From assembly GCA_026770705.1 (NCBI GenBank), contig JANJGN010000022.1, positions 21,080,001 through 21,144,000 on the forward strand: a stretch of DNA of 64,000 bases, written 5' to 3'. The translations under genes and the position numbers were made by a program. The notes beneath the pieces were generated by a model that had not been told where the DNA came from, did no database searches, and was given only the letters and a program-made list of their open reading frames with translations. The DNA is from Isurus oxyrinchus (Eukaryota). Shown in pieces: positions 1 to 13,677 of the stretch (within the stretch, counting starts at the first letter, position 1; each line of letters begins with the position of its first letter).

Positions 1-1373
1 TAAGCGGTGGCATATTTCTCAAATCCTCGGCTTTGGTGTGATATAATTTTCTATCAGTAACCCCACAGCAAGATAAGATAAACTCGAGATAGAGTGAACT
101 CAAAGGGTTAGTTTATGTGCGCACACAGATAGTTAAGAAAGGGATAGAGAAAAGAAGGACTTACAGTACAAAGCCCACAGAGAAAATAACTATTGGTTCA
201 CGCGAGGTCCAGAGTCCAAAATCAAAGCCCAATGAGGTATTCCCTCATGGAGGTTGGCAGGCTGAAAACCAATGCTGTATAGCTCACTTTTCCCAGGTGT
301 TGACTTCACACAATGAGATAGACATGCAGAGATGAATCAGTCTTATAGGTCATAGAACAGAATATTCAGCAGAAGCAATATAGATGGAGCGAAGTATTCA
401 ACCTGGGCATAACTTCTTTTCTGTGAGGCTGCCAGTTAGATGATAGACAGCAGACTGAACTTTTTAGTTCAGCAAGGCAATATTACTGATTCCACAAGCC
501 AGAGACCAATGTCACATGACTCCCACCTCTCCATGCTATCATTGACAAGGGATGCGTATATCTCTCATTGGACCCGAGATTGTTAAATGTCTCAACCACT
601 AAGAATTGAAAGAAAGGTTGTGGGGCCCTTTGTAATAGCAGATGAGCAGACTCCTATTGGCCAGCCTGAGTTATGAAATGCAGATGGCCTTTGGATAGCT
701 CTCTTTGTATTTGGCCTGTGCAGCCAGCAGGGGGTCATTAGTGGTTTCTCAGAGATAACAATGTGCGAGCTTCCCCTGATATGGCCCAGTAGCTTCTTTC
801 GTTCGTTTCAACTGGGGGAGGCATCTCAATTCCTATCTGCTCGTCGGTGTGGTGACTCCCCTTGTCTGTATTTAAATTTGGAAAGAAGGTTTCTGCCAGA
901 CATACTTTAGGCAATTCCTTAATCTTGGTCTTTCCTGGTTTAAATACATGCCTCCCTTCAGGCTCTTCGATGATGTGGAGCATCTCCCTCACTATTTCAT
1001 TTCCTGCTCTGGGAATCTGCTCTGGTCCCTGTTTAATTCTGTGACTCTATTTAAAATTCTTTTGGCCCTTCCTGGACCTCTTTTAACTTTACTGGCCTGG
1101 CATTGGCCGCGTTACATTCAAGCAGCTCTCACTCAATGGTTATGGGTTTTATTTCACACTTTGGGCCTCTAAACATTCCCCATTCTTCTGTGCTCCTGCA
1201 GGTTTCTGCTGGCTAACATGTTGCTGCCAGCCAATCGTTTTGGAGGAGGAAATCGATTCCTGCTACTGGCAGTTCAGGGACAACTGCCACCGTGACAGGG
1301 CCTGAAACAAGGTCACACTCCAAGTGGACCCTATGGAGGGGTGGAAACACCATTCATCCTCCCACTCTACTGA

Positions 1374-2814
1374 TCAGGGAGGGCTTGCGGCAGTCAGGGC
1401 GGGGGGTGGGGGCGGTGTTGGCAGTGTAGGTCTAAGTTTCCCTCCAACATTAGGGGCTGAGTGGCCTCTGTGTCCTGGAGCAGTACAAAGGAATTGCTCA
1501 CATTCTGGGACAAAATTCCGAAAGGTCTCTGGAATTTTGTCTGGTTCAGACACACATAGCACTTTGCCCTCCAAAGGATTAGTTTCTGCAGTGGGAGTGT
1601 CTGCCTGCCCTGCTGCACTACCTGCTGGGGGGTCCTTTGGGGGACTATTCAAATGGAGTCCTATTAGACCTACAGGCTTTCCTCGCCATTTCCCACACTC
1701 GGGTCTGGATTGGCCTATTTTATTACAATGGGAACACACCAGTCACTTTGTGCTCTCCTTGCAGACTGCAGGAGGGCTTCTCGCACCCTCCTTTGTGCTT
1801 TCTTTTCTGGGTGGGTGCCGTCCTATCTAGGTCGCCCTGCTTATCTTTCCAATGTTCATGGGAATGGTTTAGAAAGGGCCTGCCTGAGTGCCCAGGCTTG
1901 TGGGTGAGGTCGTAGCCATCAGCTGTGACTGCTGCATCCCCTGGCTTTGGGGATCCTCTGGTCCTCCAAGTGCATCCACAGGTTGAAAGGTAAGGAACTT
2001 TTGAATTCCTCCAGCAATTTCAGCTCACACAATCACTCATGTGTGGGACTCTTAATGACCTTACACATCGATCAAACGCAATTTGTTTCAGATGCTCGAA
2101 CTTGACGTAGGCCTGTGTGGGCTTCTTATGAGCATTCCAGAACTGCTGGCAATATGCCTCCCCAACTAAGTCGTAGGCACTTAGGATGGAAGCCCCAGTC
2201 TGCTCATAATTCATGGACACATCAGGAGTCAGCATGGAGTAGATCTCCTGGGCTCTTCCTGACAGCTACCCTTGAATTAAAAAGGTCCAGATATCCAATG
2301 ACCATCTTAACTCTCCTGTTACTCTCTCAAAAGTGGCAAAAAATGACTCCACATCACTCTTTTCAAATTTGGGAATCAATCTAGCATACTTGAGGGCCTC
2401 AGAGAGTGGGCCTGCATTAGGGCAGTAGGGGTTCTACCGGGTAAAGAGAGATTTTCCCTCACAGCTTCCAACTGTCTGGTCTCTCTCTCTCTCCCTTTGA
2501 GCTGTTATCTCCATTTCCAATTTTTGGAGCTTGAATTCTTCTCTCTCCCTTTCTCTTTTCCTTTCTCTCTCTCTCTTTCTCCTCTTGAAATTCTAGCTGC
2601 CATCTGAGCTTTTCCATCTTGGATTTGTCACGGGGAGGGGATTCGGCGTCATGGCTAAGCTCTACATCTACCTGTTCTATTGAATATGTGACATCCAAAT
2701 GTTCTACCAACAAGTGAATCAGTTCACTTCTCTTCACTTTACCGAGTAACTTTAACTGCATCTCCGTAGCTTTCAGTTGTTCTGTGCTGCTAAGGGATGC
2801 TAATGTTTCACCAT
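1374..2814 (-). pseudogene. Degenerate gag (capsid/SCAN-like region plus zinc knuckle)
   Basis: ORF fragments 2459-2761, 2020-2235 (ILSAYDLVGEAYCQQF) and 1374-1739 (CSHCNKIGQSRPEC, a degenerate CCHC knuckle); broken by stops and frameshifts. Confidence 0.75.
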
Positions 2815-3017
2815 TTAGATCTCTTTGCTTGACTCACATCTGGGCATCAAAAGTTGCCATTTTTTAAATTTTAGGGAAGGGAATTTGTTGTGGAAAGTTA
2901 CTTGCATTCTAAAATTTGTTCCAGCCACGATTTTTTTTCCTTTTGGTTTTCAATTGGCTCTCTTATTTCAGATTTGGCTCACATCTTACTTGGACTTTGG
3001 CAAAATTCAAATGGGTG

Positions 3018-3037
3018 ATCCCGGATTTGAGCTCCCA
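3018..3037 (-). promoter_or_regulatory. Primer-binding site, tRNA-Pro-like
   Basis: Minus strand TGGGAGCTCAAATCCGGGAT versus the canonical tRNA-Pro PBS TGGGGGCTCGTCCGGGAT, about 5 nt after the LTR-terminal CA. Confidence 0.7.
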
Positions 3038-4094
3038 ATTTCTGTTACAGACAGGAGGGGGTTCATTTAAACAGCACTAATTTCTCCTTTCACCACCCGT
3101 CCATAAACAGGAAGGTGTTTTAATTTGTTTCCCTCTTTATAAGTGATGGCATATTTTCCAACTCCTTGGTTTTAGTGCAATCCAACTTTTTATTAATAAC
3201 CCTACAGCAAACTCAAGATAGGATGAACTCAGTGGGTTAGTTTATTTTCATGTACTCAAAATGTGGAAGGCAAGTCATAGCTTCACATCCAAACGTAAAC
3301 AGTAAAGAGGGCAATAAAGAAAGTAGTGATTGACAGTACAGAGACCATGGAGAAAATAAATATTGGTTCACATGGGTTTCAGAGGAAACAATCAACGTCC
3401 AATGAGGTATTCCCTCATGGAGCTCAGTGGGCTGAAAACTGATGTTGTATTTGGTGTTGACTTCACATGATGTGATAGGCATGCAGAGATGAATCAGTCT
3501 TGCAGGCATTTGTTCAGAATGTCCAGCAGAAGCAGTGTAGATGGAGCTAGGTTTCAGTCTGGGCATAGCTCCTTTTCTGTGAGGCTGTCAGTTAGATGGT
3601 GAATAGCAAATTGAACTTTTCAGCTCAGCAAGGCAATATTACTGGTTCCACAAGCCAGGGACCCATGTCACATGACTCCCACTGCTCCATACTGTCTTTG
3701 ACAAGGAATGTGTATCCCTTGCCTCAGTCCCTGAGATAGCTAAATGTCTCAACCATTAAGAATTAAAAGGAAGGTTGCTGGGCACTTTGTATTAGCAGAT
3801 GAACAAACTCCTGTTGTCCAGCCTGGGTTATGAAATGCAGATTGCTTTTGTATAGCTCTCTTTGAATTTGGCCTGTGACCCCTTCCTGGGGTCATTAGTG
3901 GCTCCCCAGAGATAACGATGTGCGAGTTTCACCGATAATGCCAGGTAGCTTCTTTTGTTTGGGGGCGACAGACATAGATTCAGCCACTTTTAAAGAGTTT
4001 TGTCCAGTTTTTAGAAATATAGAAGTAGCCATGAGGACACCTATATGTATTTTATCAAAATATACAGTGTGATGTCTTAGTCCCTTCATACCCC

Positions 4095-4750
4095 TTAGAG
4101 GTGTACCCTTTATTTTATATTTTCTTTCCAGTTCTTCCTATCAAAATGAATCGTTTTACATTTCTCTGCATTGAATTTCATCTGCCAACTGTCTGCCCAT
4201 TCCACCAACTTGCCGATATCCTTTTGAAGTTCTACACTATCCTCCTCACAGTTGACAATGCATCCATGTTTCATATCTTCCGCAAACTTTGAAATTGTGC
4301 CCTGTACACCAAGGTCTAGGTCATTAACATACATCAGGAAAAGCAAAGGTGCCAACACTGACCCCATGGGAATCGCCACTACAGACCTTCCTCCAGCCCG
4401 AGAAACGTACATCATCCACTGCTCTCTGCTTCCTGTCACTCAGTTAATTCTGTATGCATGTTGCTACTGTCCCTTTTATTCCATGAGCTATAACTTTGCT
4501 CACAAGTCTGTTGTGTGACAGTGTATCAAACGCCTTTTGGAAGTCCACGTACACCACATCAACTGCATTGCCCTCATCAACCCTCACTGTTACTTCTTCA
4601 AAAAACTCCAGCAATTTATAATTCATAAGAGATAGATCCACTTGCCCACCTCATTCTCAAGAACCAGGTCTGGCATTGCCGCTTTTCTTGTTGGTCTGGA
4701 AACATATTGCTGTAGAAAATTCTCCTGAACACACTAGGAACCTTTGCCCC
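4095..4750 (-). mobile_element. CR1 LINE RT fragment
   Basis: VDVVYVDFQKAFD, PMGSVLAPLLFLMYVNDL, KFAED, WQMKFNAEKC in ORFs 4110-4439 and 4444-4641. Confidence 0.9.
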
Positions 4751-5199
4751 TCAAGTCTTGAAGAAATTGCCACAACCAAAAACCTGATTCAATCACAGCC
4801 ACTGCAGTACTGATTCTCTGCCCACTAAGACTTCAAAAAGGATTATAATTTTACAGACTCATTAAAAAAAATGCCCCACATTAATTATTATCCTGCTGTG
4901 AGCTCCGAGTGCCTGTCCTTTGTGCCATTCTACCTGTACTTATGTCTCACAAAATGATGCATCAGTGGCTTCAGCATCAGTGGCAGAAGGCTGCTGTGGA
5001 TCAGCCAAGGCCTCTCAAGCTGCCAGTGGTCAGCGACCTTGAGGAGAATGGGACAGAGGTAACAACAATAACTCCACTGTCAGGTCAATGTGATCCAGCT
5101 GGCTTTCTGACACCAAGTGTGAGCTTTGGCTCTGGTATAGTGAGTATAACATGGTGTTAGGTTGAGAGATAGCAACATGCTGGTTTTCCATTGCATAAG

Positions 5200-5415
5200 G
5201 AGGACAGATAGATGGGAACACCGCCACCTGGAAGTTTCCCTCCAAGCCATTCACCATCCTGACTTGGAAATATATCACCTTTCCTTCACTGTCGCTGGGT
5301 TAAAATCTTGGTCCTCCCTTCCTAACAGCACTGTGGATGTACCTACACGACAAGGAGTGCAGCAGTTCAAGAAGGCAGCTCACCACCACTTTCTCAAAGG
5401 CAATTAGGGATGGGA
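5200..5415 (+). mobile_element. 3' end of an abundant CR1/L2-clade LINE
   Basis: Same sequence recurs at 37810-38050, 52420-52680 and inverted at 58865-59120 (FIVAGSKPWNxLPNS-type C-terminus). Confidence 0.75.
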
Positions 5416-5613
5416 AATCACCCTGGATGATTAGCTGCGGATCAACATTCCCACTGATCTGTGATGAAGTAGACTGTAGGACATTCATGACTCAATTCAA
5501 GCCCATATTTATTCGGTCTTCCAGCTTATCCAAGGTAAAGGTGATGGTGGCACTTACAACATGCATGGTCCTGGTGTAAGCATCTCTGGGAGATGCTATT
5601 ACTATTGTAGCAT

Positions 5614-6422
5614 TGTGATGGAATCTAGAGGTTTCAAAGTTGGTGAAAATGGAAACTGGAAACTGAAACTGAAAAGAGAAACCGAAAAAGAGGACAGAGA
5701 AAGGAAACTGAGCCTCCCCGTTTCTAAGGAAATCAAAACTGAAACCAAAACTTCTGGGGAGACTAAAAATGGTTGAGGCTATGTAAAGGGATGCCGAGCC
5801 ATCCAAGTTCTGTAGTAGTAGTGATGAGTCCAGCAGTACAGTGCAGGGTAGCTGAAGAAGACGGAAGATCCAGAAACTGAGAGTAAGTTCCTGCAGCTGT
5901 TTCTGTTACTTGAAAATAAAATTGGTGGATCTAAGCCATCCAGGCCAAGTTATGGAGGTTCTGCAGATGTGTGACATTTTTGGTGAAGGTCATGCCCATG
6001 GAACTCGGGTTGGTTGTGTGCTGCTTTTAGGCTGGGGGTTCAGGCTAAATCCTAGATGAGAAGCTGAAATTTTTTGCAAGGAAGGTAGAGTTTTGAAGGG
6101 CTTTGTGACTGAGTTTGATGCTTTACATACTGTGTTGGCTGCCGAGCCAATTCGTAAGATCTGTCTTTGCTGTATCTGCCATTGAATGTGTAATTCATAG
6201 TTTATAATTTACCACAATTTGCCTGTGAACTCGTGTTTAACTTATAGTGATTCTCGGTTATAGGGCTAGATAGTATAGTATTTAGTGTTTGCTTTGCTTT
6301 AATCTGGTATAGTAAAACCTTTTCTGTTTTTAAACCATGGCTTCATTCTTTTAGTAAATAACTTGGATTTCAGATTTCTTTTTTATTTAAAAAAGTTACT
6401 TGTCTCTACTGAGATTGTACAA
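5614..6422 (+). mobile_element. Probable solo LTR
   Basis: Starts TGTGATG, ends ...GATTGTACAA. Flanks GCAT/GTAT look like an imperfect 4-bp TSD. The 3' third resembles the solo LTR at 35790-36783. Confidence 0.55.
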
Positions 6423-9335
6423 GTATCCACTGCGATGATCACCCCCTGCTGAGTTTAGGTGTAATTCCCCAAAACCCCTAACAGTGGCTGTGGACTTCTC
6501 CAGGACATCCCATGTAGTTCCTAAGCTGCCTGGCAGACAGTCTAGTGCATTGAACAATTGCTGGTGCACAGAAAACATATTTCCTCTAAAAACAGGTCCC
6601 CACCTCTGCATTGCCCACTTCTTCTGCTAAGTTAGGATATGAGTATGCCACCGCCGCCCCCCCCCCCACTCCCATCACACACCCCATCCTCCCATGAGCT
6701 GTTTCCTGAACCTTGGATAAGCTGTATGCTGCACCTTTCATCTGCTCTTACTTGTGTTCAGTGAATTACCCAGTGCCCATCCCTCTGTGAAGTGTCAATT
6801 CTATGCTAATATTTGAGAGTGAGAGACCAAGTAACGAAACCTTGGGAGGGTCCTCCTCCTCAATCCATGCTTCTGGAACTTCTAAGGAACCTGACTGACC
6901 TAAAAAAAGAGAAGAGAAACAAATGTTAGGAGATAGAGAAAAAGGTAAACAGTACCGGATGAGTGTGATCTATCAGCAGGTTTTCATGCAGAGTGTATGA
7001 AAAAGATAAGTGGAAATATCAAATGAAGGGAAGCCTCTCACTGTGAGTGCTGTTGATGGTCACATACTCCATTATTGTCAGAATGTGTATGGAGACAGGA
7101 ACCTCTCCTGCTCTTCTATTCTCCCTTCTTCAAGAAGAATGGAATGAATGTGTGCCCTTTGAAGTACTTTGAAGCTATCTGAAGCAGCTCGCCACAGATG
7201 ATGGGAAGAAACTGCAAGCGTAGCCAAAGGGAGATGAGGTTATCAGGGCAGGAGCAGATCTAGAAGGTGTGGGCTCAAGCAGAAGGGGGCATGAGGTGGG
7301 AGGCAGAAGGGTTAATAGCACTGGGGTTAAAGTAAAATGGTGCAGGCAATGTGGAAAGTAAGAGACATATGAAGGGAAGTTACACTTTGGCTGAGATTCT
7401 GGAGGATCCAAAAGGAAGTCACGCTGCCTGCTGCTCCAGAAAATTGTATTCCATTCACCACTGTTGAAAATTGCACTTACCTTTTAAGAGGCAGCCAGTT
7501 GCCTTTATGTAATGGCTATCTGCCAGATTTCTCACCCTCCCAATCAGTGAGCTGTCTACTGGAAGGGTGGCTATTGTGGGAAGCTCAGCAATTATACACT
7601 AATAAGTCTGACCACAAGGATGGCTTGGGCCTCTGGTAGGTGGAGCATACAGCTTATCCAAGGCCTGCCCATTGTGTGCTCGACACTACCTTATGCTTTC
7701 TTTAGCTTTCATTCAACTATTTACTTAACTGTAATAAAAGCTGGAATAAGAATTTTTTTGATGAACTGCAAGTCTGTGTGCGATAGTTATCACCCAATCT
7801 GAACTCATACCAGCTGTTGTTGTGAAAATAAGTCAGGTTGCAGGCATGAATTGGCATATTTTCAACTATGTCAATAAAATCCTGGAATAATTTGCTAATT
7901 CTAGTTAAGCTCTTGTGTTTGAGCACACAAGTAGTCAAACCAAGTGCAGTCTCAGGTCAAGTGAGGCTAGAAGCCGGAGTAGATTTGGACCATTGCAGGC
8001 AGATGTAATGTAGATCCTGTTTTAAAGTGATCAATTCTCTCCTTATTTTTATGTTATAATTATTAATTTCTACAGCCACATTTAAAATGCAAGCTGCCTT
8101 TTTAAAGTGTCACCCTGTAATGACATGTTTGCCAGAGACAGTGCTACAGTGCCTCCACTGGGAATAAGATGAAATTACAGCATGACAAGTTTACATAGAT
8201 TGTTTCAATTACTAATAGAGTCATAGGAATTCATAATGAAAAAAATTGCAGGAAAAGTATTGAGATGTCAGATCTTTAACAGATTATAGAAGGGTGCAGT
8301 AGAGAATGAGTCAGTGACTTTGTGTAAACAATAGTGTGAGGAGTGCAGGAATGAGTATGAGAGTGTGAGGTATAATGTGAGCAAACTGGGGGTGAGGGAG
8401 AAAGAGAAAAGGAGTAAGCTTGAGAAAATAATTTACTAATGACTGTGGGAATGTGGGAACTGGTTACCCCCATTGTATGACTAAGATCAGAAAGGGAATG
8501 GGGTAATTTTCATGTTCACTGCTTGAGTGGTAAACTGGCAGGTAGCCTGCCTGTTATAGAACCTGCCCAACTACATTCCTAGTATCCCTTCCACACTTTC
8601 ATGCACACAGCACACAAAAAAGCAGACTGCACATAACCTGAACTAAATCTCAAAACAAGTAAAAGTTCTGATTTTTCTCCTTCAACTTTTCAGCCTGTTG
8701 TCTTCTGAAGCACAGACACACAATCTACACGTGGCAGCAACTCTCTGGTATCGTGTCAAAGTATCCCTTCTTCATATGAGAGGTGATACAGTGGGAAACA
8801 TCACTTCTGAGCCTAGTGGAGTCCACCCAACACCCGCAAGGACACGCTTTCCAGCAGGCGTCAATGGGCAGCAGTCAGGAACGGGAGACCAGGCTGATAT
8901 TTCTTTGTGAACAGTTGTAGTGACCTGGTTGTTGACCTGACTGAGGCCAGGTAACTCAGCATAAAGTGATGGTTATACTTGAGATCTTCAAGGTCTATAT
9001 GGTGTAGGTTAATACTAAGCAGCATCTTTAATCGCTAGACCACGAGTGGAGTTACATAAACTGTGACTTCTATCATAGCAGTGCATAAATATAACTAAAG
9101 GAAAAATATGATTCTTAATCTTTTACAGATGCTATTGACCATTGACCTAATTAAAAATATTAACCAACAAGCAGGAAAGGCTTCAATTTGACTATAAGTA
9201 AAACATTAATTTGTACAATCGTAGCAAAATTGGGCAGGTAATAAACATTCATCCCATGATAAGTATTAAAGGACATTTGTTAATTACCTTACCTATTTAC
9301 ATCCCTCCCAAACTCCAGACTTACACAATCCTTCA

Positions 9336-9846
9336 GGCAAAATACTGCAGATGCTGGAAATCTGAAATAAAGACAGAAAATGCTGGAAAAACTCAGCAGG
9401 TCTGGCAGCATCTGTGGAGAGAGAAACAGTTAACATTTCAAGTCAGTATGACTTCTTCAGAGCTAAAGGGAAGTAGCGATATGATGGATTTTATACTGTT
9501 TAAGAGGAGGTGGAGCAAAATGGAAGGACAGGGATTGGTGGGAGCTCAGGAGAGATTGACAAAGACGTCATGGACACAAGACAAAGGGAGTGTTAATAAT
9601 GGTAGTGTTAAAGACTAAAGACCCTTTATCTTGTGTCCATGACGTCATTGTCAATCTCCCCTGAGCTCCCACCAATCCCTGTCCTTCTATTTTGCTCCAC
9701 CTCCTCTTAAACAGTATAAAATCCATCATATTTCTACTTCCCTTTAGCTCTGAAGAAGAGTCATACTGACTCGAAATGTTAACTGTTTTTCTCTCTCCTC
9801 AGATGCTGCCAGACCTGTTGAGTTTTTCCAGCATTTTCTGTTTTTA
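9336..9846. mobile_element. Fold-back (inverted) Penelope-derived non-autonomous element
   Basis: 9365-9588 is the reverse complement of 9622-9846. 15-bp TSD TTACACAATCCTTCA at 9321-9335 and 9847-9861. Confidence 0.85.
9746..9784 (+). ncRNA. Minimal hammerhead ribozyme motif (canonical core)
   Basis: AGCT-CTGAAGA-A-GAGTCA/TAC/TGACTC-GAAA-TGTT-AACT: CUGANGA, stem II, GAAA and a GUU site. Inverted copy at ~9428-9465. Activity not shown. Confidence 0.6.
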
Positions 9847-10249
9847 TTACACAATCCTTCATTGTTTGAATGTCTAGGCTCACCCATATCAAATCATTTT
9901 CACAGATACTATAAATGGTGTTCCTTGGTTAACGCAGCAGGTGATATACGCTGAGGACTGTATTTGGAAGCATTGCACAAAGGAACTACTGCAACAAGCC
10001 TTCTTGTCTTACAGCTAGACTGACAAAAACTAGGTCATAATGCTCATTTGGAAAGCCAGTGCAGACATGATGGGCCAAATGGCCTACTCTTGTGCCGTTA
10101 AGATTCTGTGATCCTGTGATTCATTCGGCACAACTGATCCTCAACTGTTAGTCGGACAATATTTATTTAGGCAAGGATTATGAAGGGCTTCTAAACAATA
10201 TTATGCTTTTTCAGTGGTGTTTAGTACCAAAAGTAAGGTTTGAATTGAA

Positions 10250-11158
10250 CCATTAGACCATAAGACATATGAGCAGAAATTAGGCCATTCGGCCCATCAA
10301 GTCTGCTCTGCCATTCAATCATGGCTGATAAGTTTCTCAACCCCATTCTCCCGCTTTCTCCCCGTAACCTTTGATCGCCTTACCAATCAAGAACCTACCT
10401 ATCTCGGTCTTAAATACACTCAGTGACCTGGCCTCCACAGCCTTCTGTGGCAATGAATTCCATAGATTCATCACTCTCTGGCTAAAGAGGTTTCTCCTCA
10501 TCTCTGTTCTAAAAGGTCTTCCCTTTACTCTGAGGCTGTGCCCTCAGGTCCTAGGCTCTCCTACTAATGGAAACATCTTCCCCACGTCCACTCTATCTAG
10601 GCCTTTCAGTATTCTGTAAATTTCAATCAGATCCCCCCTCATCCTTCTAAACTCCATCGAGTATAGACCCAGAGTCCTCAAACGTTCCTCATATGTTAAG
10701 CCTTTCATTCCTGGGATCATTCTAGTGAACCTCCTCTGGACCCTCTCCAGGGCCAGCACATACTTCCTGAGATACATGGCCCAAAATTGCTCATAATATT
10801 CTAAATGTGGTCCGACCATAGCGTTATAAAACCTCAGCAGTACATCCCTGCTTTTATATTCTAGTCCTCTCGAAATAAATGCCAATATTGCATTTGTCTT
10901 CTTAACTACTGTGTCAACCTGCAAGTTAACCTTAAGAGAATCCTGGACTAGGACTCCCAAGTTCCTTTGCTCTCCAGATTTCTGAATTCTCTCCCCATTT
11001 AGAAAATGCCTCTATTCTTCCTACCAAAGTGCATGACCTCACACTTCCCCACGTTGTATTCCATTTGCCACTTCTTTGCCCATTCTCCTAACCTGTCCAA
11101 ATCCTTCTGCAGCGTCCCCGCCTCCTCAATAATACCTGTCCCTCCACCTATCTTTGTA
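10250..11158 (-). mobile_element. Young 5'-truncated CR1 LINE
   Basis: ORF 10544-10960 (PHLEY...LERVQRRFTRMIPG...RMRGDLIE); (CCATAAGA)n tail at ~10250-10268; near-identical to 45555-45969. Confidence 0.92.
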
Positions 11159-11387
11159 CCTGAAATCAATATTATGGTGCTGAGTTGAATATATCAAATT
11201 TATGAATCGAGTTGTTTTCACAACTGACCACACCTCTGGAAATATCCACTTTATTCTTCCTCTCTTAAGCAAATTCATGCTAGGGTGTAGTTCCAGAGGT
11301 GGTGACATCCCTTTCCCTACATGACCAAACTTATTTAAGCCTGGACAAAAAAGGCCAACAGAGCAATCAAACATACAACTGTCAAGA

Positions 11388-11870
11388 ACTTGTATTTATA
11401 CCACGCCTTTCACTTAGGAAGACATCCCGTCATGATTTCACAGAGATGTAATGTAGAATGGATGCCAAGCCTCAGGAGGACAGATACACAGGGGTAAACA
11501 ATATCTTAGTTAAAGAGGTGCGTTTTAAATGAGGGGCTTAAATGAGGAGAAAGATATAGGGCATTTACCAATGGTGGGGTAAAGGGAGAGAGAAGATGCA
11601 TGAAAGGTCAGAATCAAAGGTATGGAGAATTCTAATAGGGGGATTGCAGGTACCAAAAATAAGGAGTTGTGAGGCCATGGAAGGACTAAATCTTAAGGGT
11701 AAGAACTTAAAGTTGAGGTGTTGGGGCACTGGAAAACCAGTGTAGACCAGCAAAGGGAGCAGTGAGGGGCAAGGACACTCACTGTGGCATTGAATATGAC
11801 AACAGATTTGTGGATGGCTTTACGTTTATGGAGAATGGGAGGTCAGTCAGTAGAGCACTGGAATAATTGA
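11388..11870 (-). mobile_element. Old L2-type LINE 3' fragment
   Basis: L2/Deu-type tail (cttgtatttatac...gcctttca) followed by degenerate purine-rich L2-like body. Confidence 0.5.
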
Positions 11871-12887
11871 CAAAGATCTGTACAGGTCAACATCATAAAC
11901 CCCAATCATGTCTTCATCTGGAATTTACACAAATGAACAGCTGAAGGGGTGGAGGCTGTGGGGAGGGGAGAGATTACTGAATTTCAGTGATGTAATGCAT
12001 TTAATCATTGAGTTGCAGGAGAGGGCAAAACAAAGATATTTAGTATTCAAAGTGATTTTTCTAAGAATATTGCCCATTCTTCTTGAGTCTTCGATCTAAA
12101 TGGATAGACTTTGATCTGCTTCTTTATCTTTAAGTTAGGCAGTTTATATTGTGTTACATTTTACATCTAATTTTTCATTATTTTGGAATTTTGTATTCTG
12201 ATGGCTTGATGCCATTCTTGCAGTTGTTTTTCAGTACTAACAGTAGATCTTTCAGACTCCAGACTGATACAGTAACTATCACTATGCCATCTATCTAAAG
12301 CAAAATGTTTATAGTTTTCCCCTCTACGACCCTCATGGGAAGCTATACCAACTGACCATCAATCTTGTGTCTGATTTCTATTCCCCTGATACAGAGCTAA
12401 TTGAGCTCCAACTACAACACAGGCCAATATTCTGAATATAAACATTTTAACTCTGGTAGTCTGTTAGAGAAGAGGATTAAAAAAAAAATCATGTAATCAA
12501 ATGAGAAATTACAGTAAATTTGTTAACTCCACCCACTGAAGTGAAACAAGTGTTTGGCAAGGTTCTGATATTGGGTAATACCGGTTAGCAACTAATGAGG
12601 TGTTAAAGCGATGCTTTTAGATAAACAATAAAAAGATGAGCATTAACAATATGTCAGTTACCAATTTTGCTGAGGAAGCTGTCTACAATTAACGACATGA
12701 TTATAGCTCCATTTATATTGCACTTAGTAAGCTGCTATGGCCACCGCTTCCTGATGATTATATTGGGTCTCCCCAGTTGCTGATCATAAGAAATCCCACA
12801 AATTTAGTCTAATACCCCACTAAGCAAACTGTAAAAGCAACTTATTCTACAGAACTGCTTCCAGCCAAATTGGTTCTGCAACATTTT

Positions 12888-13677
12888 GGACTGGATTTTC
12901 CCCCAGGCTTCGGGACCCTGATGTCAGGTTCAAATGGGGGGCATCGAACCTACAATTGCTGGCAGTATGCCCGGTGGTTCAATTGTTCCAACAGCAAAAT
13001 GCTGCAGGAAATCTGCAATAATAACCAAACAAAAAAAAAAATGCTGGAAATACTCAGCAGGTCAGGCAGCATCTGTGGAGAGAAACATAGTTAATGTTTC
13101 AGGTCAAGATGTCCTTTCATCAGGATTATTGGCTCAATCTTTCCATGTCCGTGTTCACCAAATATTAGGGGCAGTGGACAGGCTACTGGCTCAATCAGAG
13201 CTCCAGAGGTCTAGAGCCTCAGCAGCCCCACCAGGAAAGACGAGCATTGCTGAGGCAGGTTGGGGAGCCTGAGGGCACCTGGACATGTGAATACAAATGA
13301 AAAATAATGAGTGCTGAAGTCGCAGATCGGAGGGAGAACCCCCTCTGGATGAATTGTTTGGGCCGCAGTTTTGGCCTTTCCTGTGAACCTGTCAATGGTA
13401 CATGAAATGAAGCCTTTGGCTCTGATGGTCCCTCTCATGCAGTGAGTGCAGCTCTGCCACCAGCCAGGAGATGTGAAATCATCCTTAAATGGGACCTAAA
13501 CGATCTTAATTGGCTGCCCACCTCTGCGGTACGGACAACCAATCCTAATCCTGGACCGCTCCTCAGAAAGTTCCCCAGCAGTGGGAATGTGTTGGGGAGC
13601 TGTCCCGATGCGGCTGCCTCCCATTTTCCTGGCAAGCACACCCCCTCCATCTCTATGGGGCCGAGAAAATTCAGCCC
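12888..13677. mobile_element. PIF/Harbinger-type MITE containing a Penelope 3' fragment (~13020-13125)
   Basis: TIRs GGACTGGATTTTC / GAAAATTCAGCCC with 3-bp TSD TTT on both sides. The inner fragment carries CTGATGA...GAAA on the minus strand. Confidence 0.75.

Larger units (their letters stand above)
1..3970 (-). mobile_element. Non-autonomous Gypsy (Gmr1/SCAN-type) LTR retrotransposon, gag only; 3' LTR cut by the window edge
   Basis: Diverged direct repeats at 1-~820 and ~3140-3970. The 5' LTR ends ...GTAACA (minus) at 3043 and is followed by a PBS. Purine tract AGAAGAATGGGGAA then TG at ~1175-1190 (minus). Gag fragments lie between; no pol seen. Confidence 0.75.

Noticed and set aside
6640-8910. 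Possible very old Harbinger remnants or exon at 8694-8900
   Set aside because: Too degenerate; no motif, TIR or TSD could be fixed.
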